Source: Setoptus koraiensis
Taxonomy: Eukaryota > Animalia > Arthropoda
Assembly: GCA_048013815.1 (NCBI GenBank)
Contig: CM106585.1
Coordinates: 7,440,001 to 7,504,000 of the forward strand
Direction: 5' to 3'
DNA length: 64,000 nucleotides
The notes beneath the pieces were generated by a model. It saw only the letters and a list, made by a program, of their open reading frames with translations. It was not told the DNA's origin and ran no database searches. Within the stretch, counting starts at the first letter, position 1. Every line of letters begins with the position of its first letter. This document shows positions 12,991 to 24,365 of this stretch, piece after piece. The position numbers and the translations under genes are program-made.

Positions 12991-13633
12991 AGCTACAGAC
13001 ATGATCTTAATCTAAGTCTGCCACCTCATCATCACATTCTAGCTGTTCAAAATTTGTTTACATGTTGTTGCTTCACAGTCTCGTGTGTAGATAGCTGGCT
13101 CTGCAGGCTGTTCAATTATTGATCAATTTCTACATTTAGTGTGTAGATACCTGGCTCGTTTACTTGTTTACAAATTGTTGATTACAAGTCTCGTGTGTAG
13201 ATAGCTGGCTCTGTAGCTTGTTTACATTCGTGGTTCGAGTTCTACAATGAGACTAGAGATCATTTGTTGGTTGAGCACGAAGAAGGTTATTTCAATGATG
13301 GGGAATTTCGCAGCACCTTAGTCTAATTTGATCAATGGTTGATTGATGTTAAAGTATCTAAACATTACACATGTTAACTCTATGGAGATTTGAGTCTCTC
13401 AATTTCTTTGTTAAAGTTTCCAAGACAAGTAATACTGATCAAATCAGTATTTCGAGCGCTTAATTTTTTGTGTGGGCAAGTATCGTTGAAGGAGCGGAAC
13501 AACAAACCAAACCAGCTGGTGCTAGCGTGATTAAAAAGGGTGGCTTTAGTATAATGACCCGATAGCGAGCTCGTGCGAGCTGTGAAGTATGTTTGGTGTG
13601 TACTTCTACAGTGTATGCGTAGCGCTACAATAA

Positions 13634-16600
13634 CTATGTGTAGAGCGGTGCTAGAACACTGTTTATTAACTTTCTTATAATGTGTTTGTTACGCGACTGA
13701 CTGGTGATTAACGGACCTATCGTATCAATTCCGATCATCTCGAATGGTTCTCCTGCCCTAATGGGTTGCAGTAAGCCCTTTTTCATAGAGTGAGGACTTT
13801 TCCTCGTTTGACACGGGTGACAAGTTTTACAGTAGTCTTTGACGTCGCTGCTCATTCGTAACCAATAGTATTTGGCTTTGATTCGAGCTAAAGTTTTCCT
13901 GGGACCAAAATGTCCTGCATCCGCTTGATCGTGGTGGATCTCGAGGATGGTCTTAATTAATGTCAGGGGTACTACAAGTTTCTTTCTTTCTCTTTGGTTG
14001 AGATATAATAAGCCATCTATCTCTTCGAATTCGGAAGACATGCCTTCTTCCATACGTTCTCTAATTACTTGGCAAAAAGGGTCGTCTCTTTGGAGATCCC
14101 TTATGTTCACCTCAGTGATTGCCAATATGTTACCTTCGACGGCATCATCGATGTCTTTCGCCGAAGCTTGTGGATTTCTACTCAAGCAATCCGCATCCTT
14201 ATGCGATTCTCCATTCTTGAATACCACCTTGAAATCGTACTCTTGCAGTGCTAGGGCCCAACGAGACAGTTTGGGTGTTGTCCTAGCTTTCCTAAAGATG
14301 AAGCAAAGAGCGCAATGGTCTGTCTTAACGACGAAAGGTATCCCTAGCAGGTATCTCCTGAACTTCTCAACGGCCCAAACTATGGCGAGGCATTCTAGCT
14401 CCGTTGTGGTGTACCTTTGCTCATAGTCACTCAATGATCTACTGGCGTATGCTATAACCTTATAATTTCCGTCTATTTTGTGCAGGAGTATGGCGCCTAG
14501 ACCTACTCCTGATGCGTCAGTTCTCAATTCTACCTCTTTGGAAGGATCGAAGTGAGTTAATATGGGTTCTTCCGTGAGTTTGAGTTTGATCCTCTCGAAA
14601 GCCTGTTGTTGCTCTTCTTTCCATATAAATGGAGTATCTTTACGCGTTAGTCGGTTAATCGGCTCGACTATCTTGGAAAAGTTCTCTACGAACATCCGAT
14701 AGTACGACGCCATTCCAATGAAACTTTTGATACCGGTTACACTTCTAGGAGGCGGGAGGCCGGTGATGACCTCTATCTTCGAAGGGTCCATACTTATACC
14801 TTCTGCATCAATGATATATCCCAAAAACAGAACTCTATTTGTGGCCAACAGGCACTTACTGGGCTTTAGAGTCATTCCATGTTCTCTGACCCGCTCGAAA
14901 ACTAAACTCAAGTTTTGAAGGTGTTCTTCGAACGTAGTGCCGAATACTAGTATATCATCTAAGTATACTATACATGCATTCCACTTTAAACCGGACAATA
15001 GGACGTCCATTGTCCGTTGAAATGTCGCCGGTGCATTGGTGAGACCGAACGGCATTACAGCAAATTCCCACAACCCATCTTGGGTAATAAAGGCTGTTTT
15101 GTTTTGATCCTTAGGATCCATAGCAATCTGGAAGTAACCGTTATTCAAATCAAGACTGCTGAAGTATTTCATCCCTTGCAACGTTTGGATACAATCTTCT
15201 GTTCTTGGAAGGGGATAAACGTCTTTTTCTGTGATAGCATTAATACCTCTAAGATCGACACAGAATCTCAAACTGCCGTCTTTCTTCTTTACTAATACAA
15301 CAGGGGAAGACCAAGGTGATTTGGAAGGTTTTATAACCCCCATTTCTGCCATTTCCTGAACCTGTCTTTGAATCTCCTTGCGTTGTTTTAGAGGGTATTG
15401 ATATGGGTTTCTGTGAATTGGTTTATGATCTCCCGTATCGATAGTATGTTTAACTAAATCACAATTCCCCAACTGTTTTTTGTCAAACGCAAATATTGAC
15501 AAGAAACTGAGCACTAGGTTACGTAGTTGTGTAATTTCGTTTATACTCAAATGTTTCCCAATGTGAACTTGGTGTTCATCCGTAACATTCATCAGTTGGG
15601 TTTCTTCTTCGTCCTCTACTACATAACGAACTTCGGGAATTTCTTCCCAATCAGAATCATTGTCGGACGAATTATCCTCCTCTTCTTCTTCCTCTAGTAC
15701 ATCGATCAGTATATGTCTCGCATCAGAACTTTTATATTTCGGATGCTGGGGATTAATTGTCACAAGATAATCCGTTTCTAAGACCCGAAAGGTCGAATAT
15801 CCGTGATGTTTGTCCTGGTAAAAGGTGAAATTCTTCGCCCCTGGGAAATTCTGGGTTACATAGCTAAAAATCGTATCTAGGTGTAGCTTTTTGGTGGTAA
15901 GGAGATATTCTTCTATAACTTTGTATCTGGCTGATTTCTCATCATCCCACAGGTCCCTGTAAACTTCGGCGATCGAGTCCTGAAATGTCACGATGACCTT
16001 ATCCCCTTCTTCAGTTATCTCAAAGGGGACAGCACCTTCTAAACTTTCCGATTCCGATTCCGTCTCCGTCCGCGGAGCTGTCAACTGATCATCAACGGGA
16101 CCACTTTGAGCTTTCAACTGATCATCAACTGAACTACTTTGAGCTGTCAACTGATCATCGACCGGACTACTTTGAGCTGTCAACTGATCATCGACTGGGC
16201 TATTCTGAACTGCCAACTGATCATCGACTGGACTACATTCACCTAGGGGCGTTCCCGCTTTAATTGTCTGTGATTCATTCGTGAAATTGCTTAAGATTAC
16301 TTGGTTGGTCTCTTGATCTATTACGGATCGTGGTATTCTGACCTTATTCATCTGAGACTCGATCATGTAAACTTGTCCTGTCAAAGGCTCTGAAGTTTTA
16401 AAGCCGATTGAGGTTTGAGAACGAGGCCCCAAGGTTTTGTCTTCTGAGGCTAGAATTCGTGGTTTGGGTTCATCCTGTCTACTCGAATAAGTCACTTTCT
16501 TTCGTTTAGAGTCTATGATTGCACCAGCTTCACCCAGGAAGTCCATTCCTAGTAATACTGCCGGTTTGAGTTTTCCTAAGATGGCAAACTCCATACCTAC

Positions 16601-17869
16601 AACCTTATGTTCTCCATCTTGATTGACGAAACCGACCTCGAGTTCGGCTACTCCCTTAACGTCAAGGAGTTGTCCGTTAGCCGCTTTTAGCATGAGTTCG
16701 CCAGGAGGTTTGGATTTGAATTCAAGGTTCTTGGTCGCGTATCTCAAGTCAATACACGATCTTACAAAACCGCAATCTATCAGAGACTGTGTCTTTAATC
16801 CATTCAGCTCGACTACCGTAAGTATATCCTTTGAGGTGTTCATCCTCATTGGCTTATGGCTCTCAATAGCTCTCACTGGTTCATTTCTACCCTGTGGGCA
16901 ACTGTTCGCGAAATGACCCATCTCTTTACACTTGAAGCACTGCACGTTTGGGTGTTCTGGTGCTGGTTCATTGTTTCGAGGTGGTACGTTGTTTTGAACG
17001 TTCGGTTGCGGTGGTCTATTGGGATAATTCATTTGTTGTGGCGGTCTATTTGGATAATTCATTTGTAGTGGCGGTCTATTTGGATAATTTATTTGTTGTG
17101 GCGGCGAATAATTCGGGTACGGCTGTTGCATTCTAGGTTGGTAAGGCGGATTAGGTGGCCTACTAGGTACCTGATTCGCGTTACTTCTAGGCACAGATTT
17201 CTTCAGCCGAGAGTTCTCTTCTCTGGTTTTGTTCAGTTCTTCTCTCAACTGGATAAGCTCATTTCTAGCCTCTCTATTAGTATTTTCCTCATTGATTCTT
17301 TTCTGTAACAAGATCCATTCTAAATTCTCGCGTAGTTCATCGAGCGTCTGGCACATCTGTACCCGATCTCTAAAAGTCTCGTTTAATCCACTCATGATCT
17401 CTCTTACTGCCTTCTTCTCGCTGAAGTTCGGCAAGAGTCGTTGTATTAATTCATTCTTATCTTGGACGTAGAAAATAACATTTTCGATAGGTCCTTGTTT
17501 TCTCTCTCTGACGTGGGCCAGCATAGCCTCGTCGTCAATATCTTTGTGAAATCTTCTTATTAGAAGTCTTTTCACTTCGCTCCATGGTAATGCATTTATT
17601 TGTTCGTGTTCTCTCATGTAAAACTGGATGGCTGCTCCATCTAGTTTCAAGCCTAATTCTTGTTTCATCCGTGTCTCATCCTTGTTTTCGATGAAGGCTG
17701 CTGTTTCGTATTTGAATAGCCATACGGATATATCTTGTCCTGACTCACCACTAAACTTGTCATCATCATTTCTGACGTATATCGGCGGGTTGTATGGTCG
17801 TCCCTGCCCGATATGGCTATGTTGATGGGTGTGGTGGCTAGCCTGCGATCGGTTAAACCAATGGCTCAT
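13634..17869 (-). CDS. Gag-Pro-RT-RNaseH-Int(partial) polyprotein, 1411 aa
   Basis: Gag FSGESGQDISVWL, CCHC knuckle CFKCKEMGHFANSC, protease LIDCG, RT RFCVDLR/MPFGL/YLDD, RNase H TDASG/DCLSR, integrase HHCC zinc finger and core start GIDTIGPL. Confidence 0.97.
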   Translation of the reverse strand: MSHWFNRSQASHHTHQHSHIGQGRPYNPPIYVRNDDDKFSGESGQDISVWLFKYETAAFIENKDETRMKQELGLKLDGAAIQFYMREHEQINALPWSEVKRLLIRRFHKDIDDEAMLAHVRERKQGPIENVIFYVQDKNELIQRLLPNFSEKKAVREIMSGLNETFRDRVQMCQTLDELRENLEWILLQKRINEENTNREARNELIQLREELNKTREENSRLKKSVPRSNANQVPSRPPNPPYQPRMQQPYPNYSPPQQINYPNRPPLQMNYPNRPPQQMNYPNRPPQPNVQNNVPPRNNEPAPEHPNVQCFKCKEMGHFANSCPQGRNEPVRAIESHKPMRMNTSKDILTVVELNGLKTQSLIDCGFVRSCIDLRYATKNLEFKSKPPGELMLKAANGQLLDVKGVAELEVGFVNQDGEHKVVGMEFAILGKLKPAVLLGMDFLGEAGAIIDSKRKKVTYSSRQDEPKPRILASEDKTLGPRSQTSIGFKTSEPLTGQVYMIESQMNKVRIPRSVIDQETNQVILSNFTNESQTIKAGTPLGECSPVDDQLAVQNSPVDDQLTAQSSPVDDQLTAQSSSVDDQLKAQSGPVDDQLTAPRTETESESESLEGAVPFEITEEGDKVIVTFQDSIAEVYRDLWDDEKSARYKVIEEYLLTTKKLHLDTIFSYVTQNFPGAKNFTFYQDKHHGYSTFRVLETDYLVTINPQHPKYKSSDARHILIDVLEEEEEEDNSSDNDSDWEEIPEVRYVVEDEEETQLMNVTDEHQVHIGKHLSINEITQLRNLVLSFLSIFAFDKKQLGNCDLVKHTIDTGDHKPIHRNPYQYPLKQRKEIQRQVQEMAEMGVIKPSKSPWSSPVVLVKKKDGSLRFCVDLRGINAITEKDVYPLPRTEDCIQTLQGMKYFSSLDLNNGYFQIAMDPKDQNKTAFITQDGLWEFAVMPFGLTNAPATFQRTMDVLLSGLKWNACIVYLDDILVFGTTFEEHLQNLSLVFERVREHGMTLKPSKCLLATNRVLFLGYIIDAEGISMDPSKIEVITGLPPPRSVTGIKSFIGMASYYRMFVENFSKIVEPINRLTRKDTPFIWKEEQQQAFERIKLKLTEEPILTHFDPSKEVELRTDASGVGLGAILLHKIDGNYKVIAYASRSLSDYEQRYTTTELECLAIVWAVEKFRRYLLGIPFVVKTDHCALCFIFRKARTTPKLSRWALALQEYDFKVVFKNGESHKDADCLSRNPQASAKDIDDAVEGNILAITEVNIRDLQRDDPFCQVIRERMEEGMSSEFEEIDGLLYLNQRERKKLVVPLTLIKTILEIHHDQADAGHFGPRKTLARIKAKYYWLRMSSDVKDYCKTCHPCQTRKSPHSMKKGLLQPIRAGEPFEMIGIDTIGPLITSQSRNKHIIRKLINSVLAPLYT

Positions 17870-18372
17870 TGTGAGGTTAGGTTATACCTTTCGGTTTCTA
17901 TTTCTTGGGGTTTATCTATTATCGTAATCACTTGCCTAAGCAATGAGTTTGAGGTACAGTTTTTATAGAGGCTCAAGTATTGTATAAACAATCTATCTTT
18001 CCTCCAGGTTCCCGAACAATGAATACTAGGACCCGAGTAACGGTTGCCTTTCTTCAATATCGTACTACTGGGTGTTCGATTATCGTTTCTACTACTCTTG
18101 AGTTGAGAGAAAGAGGGAGTACCTAGTCCGTGCTTCTTTTCGACTTGCGTCACGAGGAACAGTCTTATTGCTCTACTTCGAAGCAGTGGGTACGACTGGT
18201 ATACTTTTCTACGGTGTGCAATGTATACTAAGTATCACAGTGATTTAGATTCACTTAGATGAGTGGGGTTACGTTTTAATTGATAAACTTTTGTTGATTT
18301 TATGCAAATTTGAGGTGAGTTCTTCGGAATTATTAATGCGTTAGGAATATGTGGCGATATTCGGAACTTAAC

Positions 18373-18392
18373 AATCCTCGGCGTCTCCACCA
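18373..18392 (-). promoter_or_regulatory. Primer-binding site, probably tRNA-Ala
   Basis: TGGTGGAGACGCCGAGGATT 2 nt inside the LTR; complementary to a ...CGGCGTCTCCACCA 3' end, typical of eukaryotic tRNA-Ala. Confidence 0.75.
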
Positions 18393-19656
18393 AATGTGAA
18401 GTATGTTTGGGATGTACTTCTACAGTGTATGCGTAGCGCTACAACAACTATGTGTAGAGCGGTGCTAGAACACTGTTTATAAACTTTCTTATTGTACTAA
18501 TGGGGTCTCCACCAGCTTGATACAAGACCAAGCAAACGTATACGATAACTACAACTAGAACTACTTCTATTGCAGCTAATATCATTCTATTATTTGTGAG
18601 TTACGTCTCACAATATTGGGTTGTTCTGGTTTGGTTTTACTTTATACTTTTAATGAATATGTATATCAATACATTTAAACATATAATTTATAATTATAAT
18701 TCACAATTACTCTCTTACAAATAACTGAGTCAGACTGGACTTTACTATTAACGAGTAAAACCGTCCAAAGTAACTGAACTCTAAAACGAATCTATCTTGG
18801 ATGTTGGTCTTATCCAACCCAAAACTAGACTGAATCTATCTTGGATGTTTACTGTTCTAAGCCAAAATTAGACTGTCGATCCGGAGATCGGCTTGGTGTA
18901 TTTATACTATTTCTCTCTGGCTTCTCGATCTTTCTCCAGACTTCTCTGTCTGAGATTCTGACTCATTGTCGATGATTCATCGGTCAGAGATCGATTACAT
19001 AGATTTGTTCGTCTTCACGCAGCCACTGCGTAGAAGTGTTTTCATGGTCAGGTACTGTGCTTGACGTACGTCAGACGAGTGACGTCAGCGTCCTTGAAAG
19101 AATGAATGTTACTCCTAAGAGTAACAGTTAGCGTTATATGTATGATCGTGGTAATGGGTATAGCACTGGGGTATGATGTAAAAGGCACACGGGGTCGTGG
19201 TGAATATTCATCTAACTATAGAAGTATCCACAGAGCATGAGCAGGCAACTGTTCTATAGCATAATGCAGGGTAGGTGGAGCGTCTGGTCTCAACAGAGCA
19301 CGGCTGGTTTTGATATTGAAGGAAGGAAGAAGAAGGAAGCCGTGGAGGCCGAGGTATCCTCTGACTCTTATGTTGAGGAGCATAGTGACCAGAGCAGCGA
19401 TGAAGCTCCCAGTCCTTCGCCTGGAGCGTCTCAATCTAAAAATCCCATGGATGATGTTCAACCCTATCACTTCAACTACGGGAAGCATCCGGCTCGATTC
19501 AACGAGATAAAAGCCTCCATTACTGATAAAGAATTGTGTGTGGTTGTGCATGTTGCTCGCAACATTTTGTGCAAGTATGATCAGCCATCAATAGGTCGTT
19601 TTCGAAACAGAAAGAAATTTCGGATGTAGGATGTCATGTATAGTCATCGATTTCTG

Positions 19657-20433
19657 GGTTATAGTGCAGAATAGCGCCACAGTTTTTTTGGGTATTTTTG
19701 GATATTTTCGGGTAGTGTATTGTACCCTGATACCGATGTGGGTATTCCGGAAGTGCGGAAATTCCCAGTTCCTGAGATAACCGAGGTACCGCATGGGAGG
19801 CGTTTCTCGATACCCGACGTCCGCTAGCGGTCTCTGGGGCATTTTTTTGAGGTATTTTGGGTATTCTTGGGTAGAGCGGCCTCTGGTGATTAGACATGTG
19901 AACTTTGGAAGTTGATAAAAGCGAACATATCCATAGGGGCGACACCAACATTTTGAGAGATTTTATGGCTTCGCCGTATTCAGAAACATGGCTGAGACTG
20001 ATCTGAAGACTCGGCCTGCGGCCTCGTAGTCTGTAGGCCGTCACATCTCCGTCGTCGCTCTCGCGACGACTGTGTGCGACGGGAACCCTTCGGGTAGGGT
20101 TGATGAGCGCTTCGGGTATCGGGCTACGCCCTCTACCCTCCGCTCATGTGACTGCAATTCATTTACTACGGCGGGTTCATGTCCTACACGGAGATTTGTT
20201 CGAATATCTTGAGAACCGGAAGTTGAATAACTCTGTTATTGATGCCAGTGTGCTCTCCATACTCTGACCTAGCTGCATATCGAGTTTTAAGCCTGTATCT
20301 TGAATTTCATGTAAAACCGGAACCGGAAGTTTCCGCACTTCCGGACTAGTCAAACTGTTGTCAGGGGGCCCTACGGGTCCCATGTGTGAAGTTTTATCGA
20401 AATCGGAGTGTGGCGCTATTCTGCACTACACCC
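19657..20433. mobile_element. Merlin-type MITE, complete
   Basis: 24-bp TIRs GGkTrTAGTGCAGAATAGCGCCAC; 8-bp TSD GATTTCTG (19649-19656 / 20434-20441); empty paralogous site at ~48990-49010. Confidence 0.9.
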
Positions 20434-21394
20434 GATTTCTGAACATGTTCCCGCCTATCCGTTTTGACGATGCTCTGTGTATGTGTTGTGCATGTTGCTC
20501 GCAACATTTTGTGCAAGTATGATCAGCCATCAATAGGCCGTTTTCGAGACAGTCATCAAACTTCTGTTTCTAGTATTGGCGCTATAGGCCATATTGGGGC
20601 ACATGTCCTTACACAGTATGTGCAATTTACGAAATTATTCTCACCAGGATTAATTCTTGAAACTTTCTAGAGACAGCTAGCACTGAGCCATACACGATCT
20701 GTGTGTGAGACAATCGAACTAAGAACACTGACCAACGAACTGTGAACGAGCAGCCGAAATTCTAATCAGATATTCGAATCTCAATTTCGAAGTTCGAATT
20801 TCCACCACCGAACTCTGATCATCGAACACTGACCATCGAACATAGAACGAGCAGATGAAACTGTCAACAGAAATTCGAATTTTCAATTTCGAATTTCGAA
20901 GTTCGAAATGTTACCACCGAACTCTGACCAAAGAACTAAGAACACTCAACCACTAACTATGAACGAGCAGCTAAAACTCTTATTAGAAATTCGAATTTTC
21001 AATTTTGAAGTTCGATTTTCACCACCGAACTGCGCACAAATGTGACCTAGTCGAATCTCCATAGAATTGCATACGAAATATTTTCGAGTGAAGGGATAAT
21101 AGACCAAGTCGAATCTACATAAAAATACATGTGTAATGTCTAGCAGGATTCTCACAAATTTGACTAAGTCAAACCTCCATAGGATTACATAGTCACGTGA
21201 ATAAACGTAGCACCCAGACCCATCCCAATAGCAGCTTAATTAAAATTAAGCGCTAAAAAATTCATTCGAAAGCCACCGAATTCGCACTGCCGAATATTCT
21301 ATCTATGGCTATCTGGTGTGCGAAAACTGGCAATTTTATCTTGACAAACCAAAAAATTAAGCGCTCGAAATACTGACGGAATCAGTATCACTTG

Positions 21395-21700
21395 TTGTAT
21401 TGTCGTTGAATGGCTCTCTCACTTTTACCAGCGTTATGCAATTCCACAATTTCTCGCATAGAATCGATGCTAGATTTATGGCGAGTGCGAGAGCCAGGTG
21501 GAGTTACAGGTTCACAGAAATCTGGATCTGGCAATCTTTTCGTCTTCTCTTCATCTGATGAAGACCCTATGTTTGGCTCACCAGTTCCTGGTCGTTAAAG
21601 ATTTTTTGCCATCACATCCACCTCTTCTGCTTGGCAGCCACTCAACTTTCTGTCTTCTTTCTTCGACAACGAATCAAGGGCTCTTTGACAGGTAGGAAAC
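21395..21700 (-). pseudogene. Possible DNA-transposase N-terminal HTH fragment
   Basis: Minus frame reads ...SIDSMREIVELHNAGKSERAIQRQY (HTH-like), with one stop upstream; cut by the HINE end. Confidence 0.35.
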
Positions 21701-21871
21701 TCGTATCAGAAATTTGAATTTTCAATCTTCGAACTTCGAATTGTTACCACCAAACCTCGAAATGTGACCATCGAACTCCGACCACCGAACTTCGACAGGG
21801 CAGATGAAACTGTCATCGGAAATTTAAATTTTCAATTTCGAAGTTAGAATTGTCACCACCGAACTCCTCAT

Positions 21872-22294
21872 TTATTTGACCAGGTCAAATCCTCGTAGGG
21901 CGATGAGGAATGGACCTCCATCGATTGCTGTCGCAGGATCTTCTGGAATGAGCAATTCATCTATATTTTCTGGCTCTTTTAATGTGTCCGTTTGCTTTCT
22001 TGCTCTTCTAATGATCTGGACCTCGGCTGATGTGCTTGGAATTGTTGCTAACACCTCTCTCGAGGCTTCAGAATGGACTTGTGATATTATCTGGCACGGT
22101 TTTGCGCTTCCGGTTTCCGTCTCATTGATTTTATGAATCAAATCTCCACGCGCCTTCTTGGTAACCGATGGCAGATGATCGTGTTCGTCGGATTCTGAAT
22201 GATATTGGTGCTGTTGATTCACTAGAAGTGTCTGCAGACGGCCTGTGCAACGTGGGCCATTCTCGGGCACTAAGGGTAATTGAGTATGAGCCAT
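21872..22294 (-). pseudogene. Mutator-like (MULE) transposase N-terminal fragment
   Basis: C-x-GR-x-x-T...HDH (FLYWCH-like tail), KPCQII, IRRARK, PENIDELLIP...GGPFL spacing typical of MULE transposases upstream of the DDE domain. Confidence 0.6.
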
Positions 22295-22373
22295 CTTGGA
22301 TCATGTGAGTTCATACAATGTATGTGGTATCTCATCATATATGCCCATACAGTACGTGGCATTTTCGAAACTG

Positions 22374-22880
22374 GGTTATTCTAGCGATTAGGTCCCAGCG
22401 CCGATTATGATGAAACTTCCGGTACCGGTTCATCCTGACCCAATACCATCAGAAAAAGTGGTCCGGAAGTGCTGAAACTTCCAGTTCCGGTTTTACCTAA
22501 AGTTGAAACTCACCAGACTGACGATTTGGATGACGATTAACACGATGACTTAACTTTCAGCTCTTCACCACTTCCGGTTCTCTGGTTATAGCGATATCTC
22601 AAGAGTTGAGAGACCGGAAGTTGCCGAATTCATGCTTCGCTACACTCAGGGATGCGCCTGCAATTGTTCTTAGAACTCGGCCTTCGGCCTCGTTTTCTGG
22701 AGGTTGTCACATCTCCGTCGTCGCTCCCGCGACGACTGCGTGCGACGGGAACCCTTTGGGTGGGGTTGATGAGCGCTTCGGGTATTGGGCTGCGCCCTCT
22801 ACCCTCCGCTCACATGACTGCAATCCATCCACAATTGAAGGGGGGGGGGAATAAAGAATAAGGATGAGACAAGTAGGAAC
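22374..22880 (+). mobile_element. Merlin-type MITE, left arm plus structured core, right end missing
   Basis: TIR GGTTATTCTAGCGATTAGGTCCC, CCGGAAGT subterminal motifs, core at ~22706-22825. Confidence 0.75.
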
Positions 22881-23096
22881 AACTGAATTACAAGCTGATA
22901 CACGGTGTTGCGCTTCTGGTCTTTTCTGGTTAATTTTGGCCATCTGCGCAGGACGACAGAGTCGCCGGCAGATGGCGCTGCGAGCGACTCGCCCTGTGCG
23001 TTTGTAGCGCTCAGATAGAGCGCGCTGTTACGATCCAGTAGTGAGTAGTGAGTCCGAGTCCAGTTGTTGTCGCTTTCCAGTCCAATGTTCGACTGC

Positions 23097-24365
23097 TTTT
23101 TTAGCGCTTAATTTTAATTAAGCAGCTATTGGGATGGTTCTGGGCTCTACGTTTATTCACGTGGGTAGAACAAATCAGTGCTTTTTTCAACTAGGAAAAA
23201 ATAGCACGGTGAAAGCTGTACTGTGAGAAATAAACTAGATAAATTTAGAACACTCAAAGCTTACAATGTTGATTAATTGAATTTAGCACATAGAATGCTA
23301 TGCGCGTCCACCTACTAGACGCGATTAGCACGCTCAATGCTGAGATGCTAACTAGATGAATTTAGCACAGCAAAAGGCTAGCTGTATACAATTCGGATTC
23401 AGTGCACTGGAAGCTAGAGGCGTTAGAACTAGAAGATTGTATAACAGTAGAAGCTACTCAGAATGACTACTGCTTCTCAGCACTGTTGATTCTGATGTAG
23501 ATGAAACTAGACGAGAGTAACACGCTCAATGCTGCGATGCTAACTAGATGAATTCACATAGTGCGCCTTTGCGTCCTGGTGTATGTATTGAAATCATCAA
23601 TTGTGGCAAAACTAACCGATAGAAGTGCACCAATTTTTGCATGCAGGCAGCAGACATGTACATCTAACTATGGTGAAAATTTGAGAAACCTGGATCTAGT
23701 TTGTCATATTACTCTGACTCATTGGAAATCGCACACTCACACATTGAAATAGCACACAACACACGTTGTGCGCCATTGCGTCTTGGTGTATGTATTTAAA
23801 TCACTAATTGTGGCAAAACTAACCGATAGAAGTGCACTAATTTTTGCATGCAGGCAGCAGACATGTACATCTAACTATGGTGAGAATTTGAGAAACCTGG
23901 ATCTAGTTTGTGATACTCTTTAGATGGTATGAAACGACCAAACGATCAATTTGAATAGCACACCGCACATGAAGCGCGCGCTTCAACACATAGTGCGCCA
24001 TTGCTTCTTGGTGTATGTATTGAAATCATTAATTGTGGCAAAACTAACCGATAGAAGTGCACCAATTTTAGCATGCAGGCAGCAGACATGTACATCTAAC
24101 TATGGTGAGAATTTGAGAAACCTGGATCTAGTTTGTGATACTCTTTAGATGGTATGAAACGACCAAACGATTAATTTGGATAGCATACCGCACACGAGCA
24201 CATAGTGGTATAGCTGAGATCTCTCGTACTCTTGGCTACCAAGTATGCATCAATTCATCGATTGCGAGCGCTAATAGGTCTTCATAAACTCCTCCTAATT
24301 ATCAACGATAATCGTCTACATGAAAAATTAAGCGCTCTAAATACTGATTTGATCAGTATTACTTG
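23097..24365 (+). mobile_element. HINE, complete, with ~3 internal ~200-230-bp tandem units
   Basis: 5' T-run, subTIR and palindrome; 3' subTIR, AATACTGAT-TTG-ATCAGTATT hairpin and CTTG|T. Confidence 0.85.

Larger units (their letters stand above)
13581..19232 (-). mobile_element. Ty3/gypsy LTR retrotransposon with a deletion from integrase core to the end of the 3' LTR
   Basis: 5' LTR ~18395-19232 (TGTGGA...TTCACA on minus), PBS 18373-18392, gag-pol ORF, ~100-bp LTR remnant 13581-13678 near-identical to 18395-18492, candidate 4-bp TSD GAGC (13577-13580 / 19233-19236). The outer LTR boundary is less certain. Confidence 0.85.
13426..21260 (-). mobile_element. Inner HINE ends (minus strand) bracketing the gypsy element and a Merlin MITE; interior mosaic
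   Basis: 3' end CAAG-hairpin-AGCGCTTAATTTT at 13426-13468; 5' end CTTAATTAAAATTAAGCGCTAAAAA at ~21235-21260. Pairing of the two ends is inferred. Confidence 0.55.
12617..21394 (+). mobile_element. HINE (Helentron-type non-autonomous element) hosting nested insertions
   Basis: 5' end TTTTT-AGCGCTTAATTTT-AATTAAG at 12617. 3' subTIR, hairpin and CTTG end at 21394. Joining 12673-13425 to 21260-21350 matches the copy at 27205-28075. Confidence 0.7.

Noticed and set aside
13947-17825. Plus-strand ORFs opposite gag-pol
   Set aside because: Antisense shadows of a long open frame.
20095-20135. Hammerhead ribozyme suggested by TGATGAG
   Set aside because: No CUGAUGA/GAAA pair in the correct geometry; kept only as an unexplained structured core.
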